A DNA stretch of 64,000 nt from Orbicella franksi (Eukaryota), in the NCBI GenBank assembly GCA_964199315.1, contig OZ116699.1, positions 1,116,001 through 1,180,000 of the forward strand, given 5' to 3'. Positions within the stretch are counted from its first letter, which is position 1. The number at the start of each line of letters is the position of its first letter. The notes beneath the pieces are model-generated. The model did no database searches. It was not told the origin of the DNA and saw only the letters and a list, made by a program, of their open reading frames with translations. Below are positions 13,201 through 26,000 of the stretch, one piece after another. The position numbers and the translations under genes are program-made.

Positions 13201-14349
13201 GTTTTGGTTATTCCACCATTTGCCATGCAGCTTTTAGAAAGGTAAGATTCTCAATAACCAGAGTTGAGATTTCGAACGAAACCGAAGGTTATCGAGCCAC
13301 TCGGAAACAATCGTCGGTTTCCGCAAATCGTCGGAACGCTTCCTGAAGGTTCCCGAAGAGTTACGGATGCATCAGATATTGTCCAATCAGAACCAAGACG
13401 ATCCTTTGGACCTTTGTGCTAACATTAATAAGCTCTTGGTTTATTCAACACAGGACGAAGTTCATGGTATCACGTCCCAGACTCCACCTTCCCGTTCAAG
13501 CGCTGGTTTGTGTTGCAGCTTTTGGCTTTGGTCTTCCTCTGGCAATCGCGCTCTTTCCTCAAACATCTGAGGTGAGAGTGTAATCCTTATCCAATGACTT
13601 GGGCCCAGTCCACTCTAGGCCCAAGGAATTTGAAAACGGAGCTTTGTTTCTCCGGTTAGGCCTTCCGTTCATACTAATCCGTCACGAAAAACGGAGCTTT
13701 TTCAAAACGCTCTTCAAATCGGAGGAATCTAAAAACACCGGCGTTGCGTTTTAGTTTGGACCGCCGAAAGCATTTTGAAAACGAAGCTTGTGTGATGTAC
13801 ATTGTTGCGTTTTCAAATTCCCCCGGCGTAGTGAGGACGGAAAACATTTGATGCGTTCGCAGAGTGAAACCTCCGTTTTCAAATTCCTCCTACGTAGTGT
13901 GGCGAGGCCGTACCTCAGTAAATTACGTATTGTGCACATGTAGCAATGTGGTTATTTTAAGTAGGAGTTTTTAAGTTAGAGTTTAAGTTTAAGTTGTCTT
14001 CACATCTGCGGAATGTGCGAGTTTTTTTCTAAAGAAAACGAACGCTTAAGGTCTGTTTTTCAACCCTTTTACCATTCGGAATTTTTCGTTTAATACTCGA
14101 ACAGTGTACGACTCTTGTTATCCAATGAAAACAAAGCACGAGCACTCGTAAACTTTCCGATAGTTTTGACGTCAGCATTTTAGCGACAGTGAAGAAAACC
14201 GGAAAACCTGGTGATAGTTCATGTGCGAATGCTTTGCTGTTCAACTTTTCTGTTTGTTTTTGTTACTTCAGGTTTCACCGGCTGATCTCGAACCAGAAAT
14301 CCAAATGATGACAAAAGAGACCAAGCTTTTCTACAACAAAGGACTTTGA
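5956..14349 (+). CDS. SFXN5: Sideroflexin-5 (mitochondrial SLC56 carrier), 14 exons, 328 aa
   Basis: join(5956-6021,6198-6266,7758-7835,8401-8427,8734-8788,8910-8935,10370-10423,10799-10855,11381-11446,11962-12052,12477-12592,13156-13241,13454-13571,14272-14349) = 987 nt with consistent phases. Motifs [52 protein letters not shown] and FYNKGL* match sideroflexins; [10 protein letters not shown] and [10 protein letters not shown] are closest to SFXN5. Intron 6 has a GC donor. Confidence 0.93.
6310..6888. mobile_element. Non-autonomous element with CCC(C)GGGG...CCCCAGG ends and an 8(-9) bp TSD
   Basis: Direct repeat TATAGTTC at 6302-6309 and 6889-6896 (GTATAGTTC if 9 bp). Internal repeats of ctatttatgacc. 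Interrupted by a second MITE at 6704-6844. Confidence 0.75.
6704..6844. mobile_element. 141-bp MITE nested in the 6310-6888 element
   Basis: Imperfect TIRs CAGTGGCAGATC / GATCCGCTACCG; 5-bp TSD CATAC at 6699-6703 and 6845-6849. Removing it restores gcacatacctatatagcccatata, which occurs intact (inverted) in the neighbouring copy near 6950-6975. Confidence 0.8.
6932..7377. mobile_element. Related CCCGGGG-ended element, inverted relative to 6310-6888
   Basis: Starts CCCGGGGGGACACTGCCATATATGGGCTATATAGGTATGTGC (reverse complement of the first copy's end) and ends CCCCAGG. Degenerate 8-bp TSD GTTATATA / GTTGTATG. Confidence 0.65.
8998..9604. mobile_element. TTAA-flanked non-autonomous DNA transposon (Kolobok-like ends)
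   Basis: TTAA at 8994-8997 and 9605-9608; TIRs GGTGATCCTTTAG / CTAGGGAATCACC. Purine-purine termini with a TTAA TSD are the Kolobok signature. No ORF. Confidence 0.7.
12605..12760. repeat. Interspersed repeat (GGCCAATATCCAGCCAT family), partial copy
   Basis: Similar to the reverse complement of about 54880-55040; has the internal inverted motif atggctagatattggcc / ggccaatatccagccat. Confidence 0.7.
13601..13910. mobile_element. MITE with GGGCC..GTCCAC(A/T)CTA-type TIRs (PIF/Harbinger-like)
   Basis: Ends gggcccagtccactcta / tagtgtggcgaggccg; internal tttgaaaacg / cgttttcaaa subrepeats. Second copy at 57711-58046. Confidence 0.65.
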
Positions 14350-15339
14350 AATCTACCAACAATGAAATGTAATAGGTGTTTTCTTGATTTTAATCAACAA
14401 TGTAAAACTTGAAAGGAAAGGGTGGTCAGTTATTGGTTCCGAACTCAGTAATATTTGTACTTAGGTTAGGGACAAAAAAAATTTGTACATAAGTATTAAA
14501 GTCTGATCTTAGAGCTCTTTGAAATTCAATGTAGGCACTCACAAGAAGGGTAGTCATTATTTAGGGGGTAGTGGAGGGGCTTAGATAGGTATCGTGCATT
14601 AGTTTTTTATAAAAGATGCAGTGGTTATAAAATCTAGTCAAGGTGAACAAAACATGGTCAAGAGTACCAAATTTATATTTTCTGTCGTTGTTTAAGTTGC
14701 ATCAAATTATCAGCGCAGATGCCTCTGAGATTCCATCAAAATATTCCATACTGATGACGTAGTTCTCCAGAGTTCCGTGTTGTTCTCTGATTGGCTGTCG
14801 CTGGGTCACGATGTTTTCCGCGCAATTAACCTCCAATCAGAGACGCGAGATGGATTCCTAAAAAGCTGCGCCGTTAATTGAATCTTTTGGTTCCAGTCTT
14901 TTCAGACGTCCCTCGAGCGAGGGAGGAATTGAGCAGAGACATGACCTTAAATCTCACAAAGGGCAGAAAACTGAAAGCTGACACTTTTAAATGGTAGTGT
15001 ATGTACATGTAAGCAGCTTTAATATAGCAAGTCGGTGATTTCTATACAAATGCGGGAAGAGATTCATTGCCAAATGTACTTCGAATTTTCAAGCATAGAA
15101 CTTCATCTGGTTATGAAAAACACTTGCAGTTTATTCGGTTTTCAAATTCCCTTTTATTTTACAAAGATATTTTCGGGATCAAAATTCTCTGATGAAACAA
15201 GATAAATGCACAATCGAAGCTCAAAAGCGGCCCAGTTTAAGTCAAGCCGTGTAGCTGAAATTTGGAAGCGAGCATAACACTGGAAAGCTGAAAGTTCGCA
15301 GGGAATTCTCCGTCGTTTCAAGCCAGTTGTTTTGTTTTA

Positions 15340-16940
15340 TTAAAAGCCTTGAAATTCTTTCGGTACCAGGGACACAATGGTTGAACGCGCGTCCACTTTC
15401 CTTCTAGGAGACCTGGGAGAATTCTTTCTTCTATTATGGAGTGGCCGGCGTCTGTCCCTCGGGTGATTCCGCTAAAACAAACGAAAGTCATTTTCAGGTG
15501 CATAAGTTTGCCCGAAAAAATCTACGCTATGTGTCTCTGGAAGTTGCTTTTCAGAGAAAGTCATTCTTGGGCATTTTTGGTAAAACCAAGAGGAGGGATG
15601 GTTTTGGTAACCGATTTATTATCCAGTGATATCGTTTTCTAAATCTAAGAAATCGCACGGGTTATGTTTGGTTAGCTCGAAATAGTCTGTCCTATGGCTA
15701 TCCAATGTACTTAAGAAGTTGCACGGGTTATGATTAGTTAGTTCGAAATATTCTATATCCAATGGCTGTCAAGTTTGCTTGAGGAATTACATGCGCTGAT
15801 TGGTTAGTTCGAAATATTTCGCTATGATTGGTTAGCTTGAGTTAAGACCTGTCTTGTGCCTACCGTACAACTGGCATTGTATTCTTCCTCGGAACTGTCC
15901 GTCTCGTTCTCATTGTCATCATTATCTTCATCTTCTGTGGCCCACACGTCATCTTCATCGCACGAGGAACTCTCCTTGGCTTCACCTTCTTCTTGGCCCG
16001 TTTTATCCTCATCGCAGAAATGGTCTTTCTCTCTCTTATGTCGGGGTTCTTTATCACTTGATCCGGAAGCCTTTTCTGTTTGTCTTTTAACTGCTTCGTC
16101 GTAAGAAGGAGGCGCAACATCCTTCAAATTTTAAAAAAAGTAATTTTAATTTACAGCGCGAGTTTTCTACTACGTTTAATTTTCGCACTTTACACAATTT
16201 TGTATCTTTTAAATCACGAAAATTTATGTCCCAGAAAAAGACGGCGGCTTACATAACTACTAGAAATGTTAAAGAAATTGTCCGTTCGAATCTGTGAATA
16301 TCAGTCGTCGTGAAAAAAACCCCGCACGAAATTGAGCAGTAGTACATCGCAAAAATTTCGGTGTAACTTGAAAGTAGCTTAGAGAGGATGAATTCTCAAG
16401 CTAGAAAAGAGTTCTTTCTGATCTTAAAATAAGCTTGTCTAGGTTTTAGTGCTATTCGACAAATCCTGTCTCTACTTACTGGTTCACGTTCCAGCAACTG
16501 ACATTTTGAGTACAAAAAAAAAAATGTGAATGATAGCGCTGGTAAAACTTTCTCTAAAATGCTTCAAAACAGATGCGCAAATTGCAAAGCAATGTCACAT
16601 AGATCTTACCTTGATATCTTATGTCTCCTAATATTAAATAAAGTTGAGATAAAAAGAAACAAAGACGTAGACGGATATAAATTCGTTTGGTAAGTGATCA
16701 AAATAGTAGAACAATACTATACTAGCATACCGTTTTCACTGATTGGACCGTTTGAGTTGTCGGAGCAATAAATGGACCACTGAACGTCTGGTGAAAGTAA
16801 TGTGTTCCGTCGGGACCCACTGAAAAATTGACCATATTGCCATAGACAAGAGAGGAAGGCGAATTCTCGCCAGCAATATGGATCCATTGTGGATTGAAGT
16901 AATACTGGCCCATATACGAATGATTTGGGACGTAACTCAT
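15340..16940 (-). CDS. Uncharacterised (orphan) protein, about 199 aa, with PPxY motif, acidic tract and basic tail
   Basis: join(16940-16731,16121-15864,15471-15340); all junctions phase 0 with GT-AG sites (acg|gtatgc, ttgaag|gat, acg|gtaggc, tttgttttag|cgg). MSYVPNHSY...VKT / DVAPPSYDEAV...EDEDNDDNENETDSSEEE..CT / RNHPRDRRR...QGF*. The last exon is the least certain; exon 2 could instead read through to a stop at 15822. Confidence 0.55.
15655..15845. repeat. Degenerate minisatellite, 4 copies of a ~23-nt core, first three about 66 bp apart
   Basis: Cores ttatgtttggttagctcgaaata (15662), ttatgattagttagttcgaaata (15728), gctgattggttagttcgaaata (15795) and ctatgattggttagcttgag (15822). Confidence 0.7.
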
Positions 16941-17109
16941 GGTGTTTTCTCGCAGCACTGTTTTGTCTGCGAAATTAACGTTCCTTATTTACGTCGACGC
17001 ATTCAAACCACAACTAGTGCGTGCGTACGACATCACAATCAGCTCCAGAGCGCGCGGCCAAACCGCGTCATTCGCGCGCGCACTGCTTTTTATGCCCAAG
17101 ATCATTTTA

Positions 17110-17262
17110 ACAATTATTCCACGAGCGTGCGTTGGATATTTATAGGTTAACGCACTCAGCGAGTGAATTATCGGGATTTACCTGTACTCGTTCACTAACA
17201 ATGAACAAGAAATTTCAATACCGCACTCGGTGAAGCCTCGTGCGGTATTGAAAATTTCGAGG
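17110..17262. repeat. Hairpin-containing interspersed repeat fragment
   Basis: ttattccacgagcgtgcgttggatat resembles the arm of the 58698-58793 hairpin; strong palindrome aaatttcaataccgcac-13nt-gtgcggtattgaaaattt at about 17210-17257. Confidence 0.55.
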
Positions 17263-18589
17263 GGGGTCGGTCTGATCCACAATAAGGGTTCCTGCTCCGA
17301 CAAAAACGTGATAGATCTGCTTCGTTCCCACTCGCCGTTGCATTACGTCGGTGAAGAGCGGGAAACAAAGAGCGCGGTGCTGGACGGTTACGTTCCTTCG
17401 CATTTTTCCGTATAACAGGCCCACAATACCGCGGGCAACGCGCTTTGACTGAAGAGGGAAGGCGGAAGACGAGGTAGCTAATAGATTACGACCATGGAGT
17501 TTTTTCTTTCGCAGTTTGATTCTCATTGGACATCATATTGTGAGGAGGTTGGACAATCGTCTGGAGAACAAAATTTTATTTCACCTTTAAAAGTGGGTGT
17601 GATTGTTTTGGGGTGGGCAATAGACTTGCCACAAGTCGACCTTTGCCTAATCCTTCGCTTATTCATCTCCCTCGAGCGAATCTTCGAGCAACGTAAGTCG
17701 CGACACGAACAAGATAGGGAAGAATTACTGAAAAGGACTGTTAGAAAGTCTGGGTGGGCAATATCTTTTTAACATCAAAAGTCCAAATAATGATAGTAAA
17801 AAGCACTTGCTCGATTTTTTCCATGGCTCTTCTTGCACTTTTGTTTTTCACCAGTTTTAGCGGTGAAGGATTTCTTTTGGAATTTGCCCCACTCCTCCCC
17901 TACTAACCCTCAAAAAATAATGGTGTCACTAAGTCAACCTTTACGCACGGGTTACGGACGGTGGACTGGAGAGTTGAGTGACGAATAAAATGACCGAGGG
18001 AGACTGGTATAATACAACTTCAGCACAAGATGCTACGACAGTCATTTATTTCAAGGTCAATACAGAGACCAGGTATCATGATTTTAAAAACACTGCAATC
18101 AATTAACAACATTGCAAACAAAGAATAAAACTCTCAAGGAAAGACTTTCTTTCCAACATTAGAAGCCATTCCTTACAATCCCAGCAAAATTGAATTTTAG
18201 TTTAAAAAAAATACAAAAAAGATTAGTCTACAAATTGTAACAACTTACCACCGGAACACGGAGTCACGCCTATGGTGCACATCCTTGCGTGACTCCGGAA
18301 CGGGTGTCACGCTACAATCTACCTGTCATGAATTAGAGTCTGTTTTTGGGATAATAACAGACTTGAGCAAAGAAAATGTCAACCTGGATACAAATGGATT
18401 TGTAACGTTGTGATGGAGCTAAACGCCGCAAATGATTGTCACAAGGAAATGTAATAACTATCTACTGTAATAACTCCTCTACCCCCCCCCCCCTACTAAG
18501 ATGTTTGTAACCCCTTTGAGGTAAAAATTGAGAAGATTTGAAATTTCCGAAAAACAAACACGACCAAAAGAAACTAATGCTCACTAGCA

Positions 18590-18835
18590 CCTTATCCAAT
18601 GGTTACACACTAGGGTTTTATCCACAAACTTACAAGTTTGGTGTTAGAGCAACCTTGGAACATAATAAACAGTACCACATGAAAGTACTGCTCAATAGCT
18701 GCCATTTGAATGGTCACACACTAGGGTTTCATCCACAGACTTCAAAGTTAGAAACACTTTGTAAAGGAAACTAAAAGCGTTACTTGAACATATTGCTAAA
18801 TAGCTCACATGTCATTGGTCACATAGAGGCATTAC
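18590..18835. repeat. Degenerate ~110-bp tandem repeat, 2-3 units
   Basis: aatggttacacactagggttttatccacaaact (~18598) and aatggtcacacactagggtttcatccacagact (~18709), plus a decayed third unit near 18800-18830. Confidence 0.7.
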
Positions 18836-20047
18836 TACCCATACCAAGCCAGCCACTCATACAGTTAAAGAGAACTACAAACGGATGCCAAGTTTGACTC
18901 TTAGAAAGCAAGGGGTTTAAACATTGAAGGCAAGTAATGAATGCATGGCCTATGTTACTTCCATGCTTTCCACAATGTTCTAGATCGCTAAGTTAGAAAT
19001 GAAATTAAACCTCCAAATAAATATAAGCACTTCAGAAGACATATAAAAGAAATGGTAGCGCTATTATCTATGTAAGCCCTCTAGGTTTGTCACTTCAAAT
19101 ATTAACTGTCATCAATCACAGGCAAAGCATTCAAAGCAATTCACAACCTGGCTAATCAGTTTGTGTTATGGTTGAGTAAAATGTAAAACTATAGTAGTAA
19201 ACTTCACTGCGTTAAAACCAAGCATTCATCTCCCTAATTCTCATATTTAGAGTACAGAAAATCATTAAGTATGGGATAATGTCTTCCACCAAACAAGAGA
19301 GAACATCAGAAGAAATGTACAGGAAATTAGTATGATTGATTGTGGGATGGACAGACAGTTAAAGCACCTTAGCTGGGTCGCTTGCCCAACATTACTCTTA
19401 AAGGTATCTCCTTCTTCTATTTGATTCACGACAACACTTAACCAAGTTGGAAAGTTGTCTAACAGAACAGGTTCAAAACTGTTGTTGACTATTATACTTG
19501 AAAAATTGCACAAGAGCACAAGAAGAGTCTATTTTTGCCAGCTGCAGGTTTGTCCAATTTAATTTATTTATTAATGTTTGCCCTGAATGTAATGAATGAA
19601 ATCATAGATTATTTATGTCAAAACAGGTTAAACAGGCAAGAGTAACATATTAGATCCCTACTGTAAAATGTCATGTCTAAGGAAATATCTGTCAAATGTT
19701 GAAAAATAATGAAGGTAATAATATTCAGCCAGTGTTCAAGAACAAGCCATGCTCCCTTCATTTTGGCAATTTGTTTTATGATTCATTTTCAACGTGCAGG
19801 ATCCAAAGGAAATGCACTTGGGAAATGCATCTTGATCGAATTACAAAATAACTTAAAATACAGTCAGTTCGTCTGAGGAAAATCTATTTTGCAAGCTTCC
19901 AACCTCCCTAATTTACAACTACATACATGTACAGAATACAAATAAGGTTATTCTTATGTGAAAGGTGTACCACTAACTCTACAAAGTAAAATCTGCTAAC
20001 AGCACTAAAAACATAGTGTAAAATCTGCCCCAGACTTCGAGCTGAAT

Positions 20048-23000
20048 CTATTCAATACCAGCACTGGCCACCAAGTCATCACCATCATTGTCATCCTCTG
20101 CTTGATTTTGTGTTGTCTTCTTCCGTGTCAGAATGTGGTCACAGCAGACAGGAATTCCATTTCCTAGCTCTGTGATTTGACCAAACGCATGAGTTTTACA
20201 GTAGGAATTTGGACATTCAGAGCACAAGATGTTTGCTGTCTTGCCGCAGTCGTCGCAGAAGTGCCATGGACAGATCCACTTGCCACGAGTGGTGACATTA
20301 CCTCCGAGGCAGTCCCTGTGGTAGCACTTTGAACAGCCTACCTTGTCGCACAGGAGAAGTTCACCACCATCACCGCAGATGTAGCATTCATCTTCGTGAA
20401 CTGAAATTAGAGAAGAGGCTAGTTGGCAATCGTTTAGCCTCCAATACCTGAGCATGCATTCTGCAAGCAAGTCCAAGTCACAGACGATGAGGTGTCTGTG
20501 AAGTGCCTCACACTCAGTGCAGAATAAAATCTCAAATCAAGAAAGCAAAGACAGCCAAATTTATAAATTATGTTTACTACTGTGCCTTTCAATAAAAAAG
20601 TCTCCCAGTCTCCCTTTGTGTTTTGTCGCTGTTAATCCCCAGGAGACAAAAGTTTACTTCAATGGGTTCAAAAGAATTGGATCCATTTTGCTTGTTTCTT
20701 TTTCTAAAGTTTGATTCATAGTCGTAGTAATTGTGATTTATGGCTGCCAAAAACATAATTGTTAGTTAGGGTTTGAAATTCAACATTCACATCTCACTGA
20801 AAGGCGCCCTGATATAGAGTTATTTTGCAGCCAAAGTTTACAAAAACTCTGCTGACTAGTTCTCTGCTTTTTACACTTATAATAGTGAAGATTTAATTGA
20901 TTTATGATCATCATGAATTTACGGCAAGGTAGTTTAAATATCACCTTAATAACCTGACAGGTAGTGAAGCTCTTAAGTATGATAACAAGTAAAAATTAAT
21001 AACAAAAATCATTTCCAACAATTTAACATCAGCTGATTTCTTGACCAAATCACTGACTTTTATCAGCAACACAGTGAAACATAGGTAGATCAAAAGAAAA
21101 CCAAAGATACACTTTGATTCTGTGTGGCAGTCCACAGACAAATAAGAACTGTAACCAGATTTGAAGCAAGATGACTAACAAGTTAATAAAAACACTTACA
21201 TGTGTTTAACTCAAATAATATGTACCTTTTTATAAATATATTAATTACTTTTTTTTATAAATATATTAATAACTGTATTTAGTTATAGTTCACAAGTGTT
21301 TATTCCAAATGAACCACTTCCTATGACTTTACATCTTCTTTCTGAATCTTATTTGTTGTTAAGTTTTAGCACACCTTGTCTATGCATTATTGTTTAAGGT
21401 CAGCCCTGATGGAAGTGGGCTATAGGTCCACGGCAAGGCACTATTGAGAGGAGAAGTGCCCGTGAGTTTTATCGCTTGGTCAGTGGTGTTACAACTTGTG
21501 CCATGCTCACTACTGGCCTCAGGACGAACAGCTGGAAGAGGAGGGGGCCGCTTGCGATGCTCCGCGCACACTGGTGTATCTGAAGCCAAACAAAAATGCT
21601 TGCTTCAGTTACAGTGTTTTTCAAACAAATTTTAACAAGGGGTGTTGTTATAAAACAGGGAAATGTGGGACAATAGGCTGCTAAGATTCATTAAACAGTG
21701 TTTGAAAATGTTCCATTGAAAAATAAACATTCCACTGTGAATGTGAAGGGGGAATAATTTAATCCAAAGGTTGCAAGTTAATTCATAACTATATTTACTA
21801 GAGGGCCAGCTTTGTCATTTTCTAATGTCACGACTGTGGTTCCAAAGTACATTGCAGTATATTTACAGGATTTAGTGCAAATTAGTTTAAAAGGTTTAGT
21901 ATCAAGCTTTTACACTTTAAGGTCATTACTCACTGTTAAAGTAGTTTTTATTTCAGGAAAAGACTGCTTAACACTGTTCAGGCTTAAAATGATAAACAGT
22001 TTAAAGCCATGGCTTGGAAAAGAAAATATAGAGTAATAATATCTCTATCATAATTAAAACTCTAACTTTCAATCAATATTAGACCATATACAAATTAAGC
22101 ACTTTTTTAACAGTAAAATGGAAGATAAAGAGCTTTGGCAGCAAATTACGACCAGCTTTAATAGCTCTTTTAGAAATTAATTTAATCATTATGATTTAAA
22201 TATAAATATTACCATAATTATGGTTAAAAAAATCATTATTGAAACAAAGTTGCTGTAAAGAATGTGTGAAATAATTATGGAAATACATATAAAATAGCAA
22301 CTTACAAAACATTTTCACAGAGCTGTCACCCAAACAACTCTGTCATACTCACTCAGGGTTGTGGAAAGTAGCTTGCTACTGGCCAAAATCACAATCTATT
22401 ATATATAATCTCAGTGGGCTACTCAACTGAGCAAGTGGCCTGATTCTTTAAAAATGATTGTAAAATCAGCCAATAACTTCAATTGTAAAGCTGCCTACTT
22501 TTAAAAATTTGCAACAACCCAGCTCTTTTGCATGTATGCAAGGTTCTGTGAGAATGCTTACCAGGCACATATCTAGCCAATCCACGATTCCAGAAATATT
22601 GTTTCTGATTTCCATAGCTTTACTGAACAATAACATTTGTGTTTTATCCTGATTACAGTAAGATCATTGCAGTAACCGTTTAGAGCCATAAATTCCCATT
22701 TCAACTTTTTTTTTTACGTAAACTTGGCACACATACCTTCTTTGACAACAGGCTTTTTGATTTTCTTCTTTTTTCTCTTGTCTCCTGCCTTTTTCGGTTT
22801 TTCATCTTGGATCTGGTTCTTGGGTCTCACTCCAAGAAAACTGCTGCAGTTCTTAGCGCCACAGTGGCATTTCTTCTTTTCATTCCCTGTTTGAATGTTC
22901 AGAAAAACTTCAAACTCTCTATGTCCTAATATAACCCAATAATGCATGAGGAAAAAGTCATCACCGCGAATTTCCTTTAAACCAAGAAACTGTGGACAAA

Positions 23001-26000
23001 TGCCTGTCGTGTTTCATCACAGTGTAATACGCGGCTTAGAATTTGTTATTTCTTAAATAAAGCATGACCGTGACGTCAGGTGTTTGCTTTGTGATGCAAT
23101 AATGAATTCAAACTGACCAATGGTAGCACATACAACTCCTTGAGCATTAGAAACAAAACCATCAGTAGTGGTCACAAACTGGTCAAGTATGACATTTTCA
23201 ACCAGCAGACCACGATGCAAGATGGATGATCAAACTCACCTAAGCAATCCAGTTGGTAATCAAACGTCAGTTCTTCACCTGCCTTGATTTCCCGCGAGGC
23301 AAAAAGTCCCACCCGAACATCTCCATTGACCGTCCATTTCTGTGTCTCACAGTTTGGATCACAGCTATGATTCATAAACCGCGACAGATTCCCCATGGGG
23401 CCAGCATCAATAATGCAGTCCTTGTCTATCGTCAGCATGTAGTAGTTTGTGATGTCTTCGCCTTTTCGCACACGTTCTTGACAAGTGGCCTCATCAATGA
23501 GCTCCCCAACATACTCGATGACAAACTGGCCCTTTTTGACATCTGGAATAGACAGAAAATAACAAAATGGTGTTGAGACTTCTCTTTAACGACAAAAAGT
23601 GGAAAATAGTACAGTTTCTTGACCAGCCAGTAACGCTTCTCGTGAGCTCATGCTGACAAAGCTTTGACAGCAACTGTTCTTCACTTTGTCCTGATGGCTT
23701 CATTTAGAATTCTCCAAACACTTAACTTGACAATAACAGGCAGTGCTTTGTCGGTTATTTACCAAACTGTATTTCCTGTTGTAATTTATTTTACAACATA
23801 AAATATTCTTCATCTAAATTGCATTTAATTTATTCACCAATAATTTTCCGTTGCCCACCTTCCTTGCATCGCAGCCCCCATCCACGATGTAATGTTCTAA
23901 ATGGTTCACAATCAACATATTGCCTCTTTTGGAATCGTTGGTTCTGACAATTCTCCTTTGACAGGCACCGTGTTGGATTACACTCAAACTGCAGCATGCG
24001 ATTCAGGCAGTTGGCCTCAGGACCACATGGGTTTTCACTATCTGGCGAGCAGTCGCATACAGGGAGCTCAGAAGGATCAATCAGCATTCGGACAGCTGTG
24101 GTGCATTTGTTTACCTAGGATAAGAAAAATAAGGAAAGTCTGCATTTGAAACTAGTAGCGCAACAGGCTGATGGTAATCTTGGGTTTTCTCAGAGGCCAA
24201 GGAGAGAATACTTCTACTCCTGACAGACGGGATCCTAGTCAATTCTTGGGTTACACCCAGCATATTATTTGTCACTACCCATCTGTTCACCTGCGTGGAG
24301 TGGGGCACTCTTGAAGCAAAGAGCCTTGCCAAAGAACAGTTCACACCAGCACCATTTGATCTAAAGTTCAGGGCACTAATCAAATTTTTACAGGGCACAT
24401 TAAATACAAAATTTGAGTTTTTTTACATTAATGTAAAAATATGGAAATCTTCATAAGGAAAATATGATTCTTTTATTGACCATAACACAGAAGACAAATA
24501 ACAATGAAATGGATGCAGGAAGCAACCAGCATTTTTTCAATGCACAGAAAATAAAATTCACTGTCTAAATCATGCTCGGGCTTTTAGAAATGTGGAAATG
24601 AGTTGCTGTCTTCAAGTCAAGTACAATTAGCGTGTGCATACATGAAAGAATGAATGAAAAATTGTTGTTCGCAACTGTATGCATGTCAAACGTATGAATG
24701 TAAGAAAGAGAATGAATCAATGTGGATAGAAAGGACTTTGTTTTCCTTGAAGACCTGAGCAACAAATTTCCTGGTATTTTATTTACCTCCCAAGGTTGCA
24801 TACCACTGCCATGGGTACAGCAGGGAATGGTTCGCAGGAGGAAAAAAAAACCTGTTACAGTGTACATTACTTGCAAAAAATTTCAGATGATTAAAATTGC
24901 AGACAAAAGTGTCCAAAAATAAAACCATCCAAAATATTTACAGTACAGTATAAAACTTTTACATAGCACCAAAGTTCCTTTACAGAGCAAACTCTAGTTG
25001 AGACATGGCCTGAGATATGCAATGGATTGATGGAATACGTGTCATTTTCTCATCGCTGGAAAACCTTGAGGGTGTAGTAAAACTATCGTTTTCATTGATG
25101 TTGTTTCAGTCTAATTTGTGTTTTGTTGATGTACGATTACTTCAACGATTCTGAAATTTTTGTCGAACTTTGTTCGAAATGAGATAAAGAGTCCGAAAAT
25201 TTAACGTTCGAAATAAAATGTCTGAAATTTTAACGTCCAACATCTTTTCACCTAAATCAATAGCCACTGGGCTAATAACTCCTTAAATTCACGGGCTATA
25301 AACAGGTAATATTCATGTGAATTGATGGTCTGAATATGGTTATACAGTCAAACCTCCCATAAGTGACCACCCAAAATGTCAAGCCTAGGTGGCTACTTAC
25401 GGGGGGTGGTCGCCTACGAGAATTTAGAACATATGGGGTCAAAATTTTGCCTCATTAACATATGGCAACTGCAGAGGCTTACCCCATGTTTTAAATGTTT
25501 CATTCTTGTGAAAAAAGTATTTTGATAAAAAATATGGTACTTCCCATGGAGAGATTTCTGTCTCTTGCACTACCCAGGGGTGCAATAATGATGCAACACC
25601 TTATTATCCAATTTTCTCTCCCTTATCTGTCAAGTGGTTGCTTACAGGAGGATAAAAACAAAGGAAATTTTCAAACTTTTAGCTCTAAAAGTTGTTGTGG
25701 CCATTTACAAGAGGTGATCGCTTACAGGAAGTTCCAAATATAGTCATTTGACGTGGAAACTTTTGGTATTTTGGAATACTGGTTGCTGCAACCAGAGGTT
25801 CAACTGTATTTCAAACAGAACATGTTTTTAAAACATTTATGTGGACATTTCAGTCGAAGACATAGACATGCCACTAAATCAATTCAATGCAGCATGTTCA
25901 ATACCTTTAGTTTGCTTCCATCATGATCTGTCTTTCTTTGTATTGGACACCAACTTTCAATTCAAGAGGGCATATGTCATGGAACATGTTATAAAAACTT

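Noticed and set aside
15655-15845. Regularly spaced short repeats superficially like a CRISPR array
   Set aside because: The cores are degenerate, the intervening sequences are related to each other, the context is eukaryotic and there are no cas genes.
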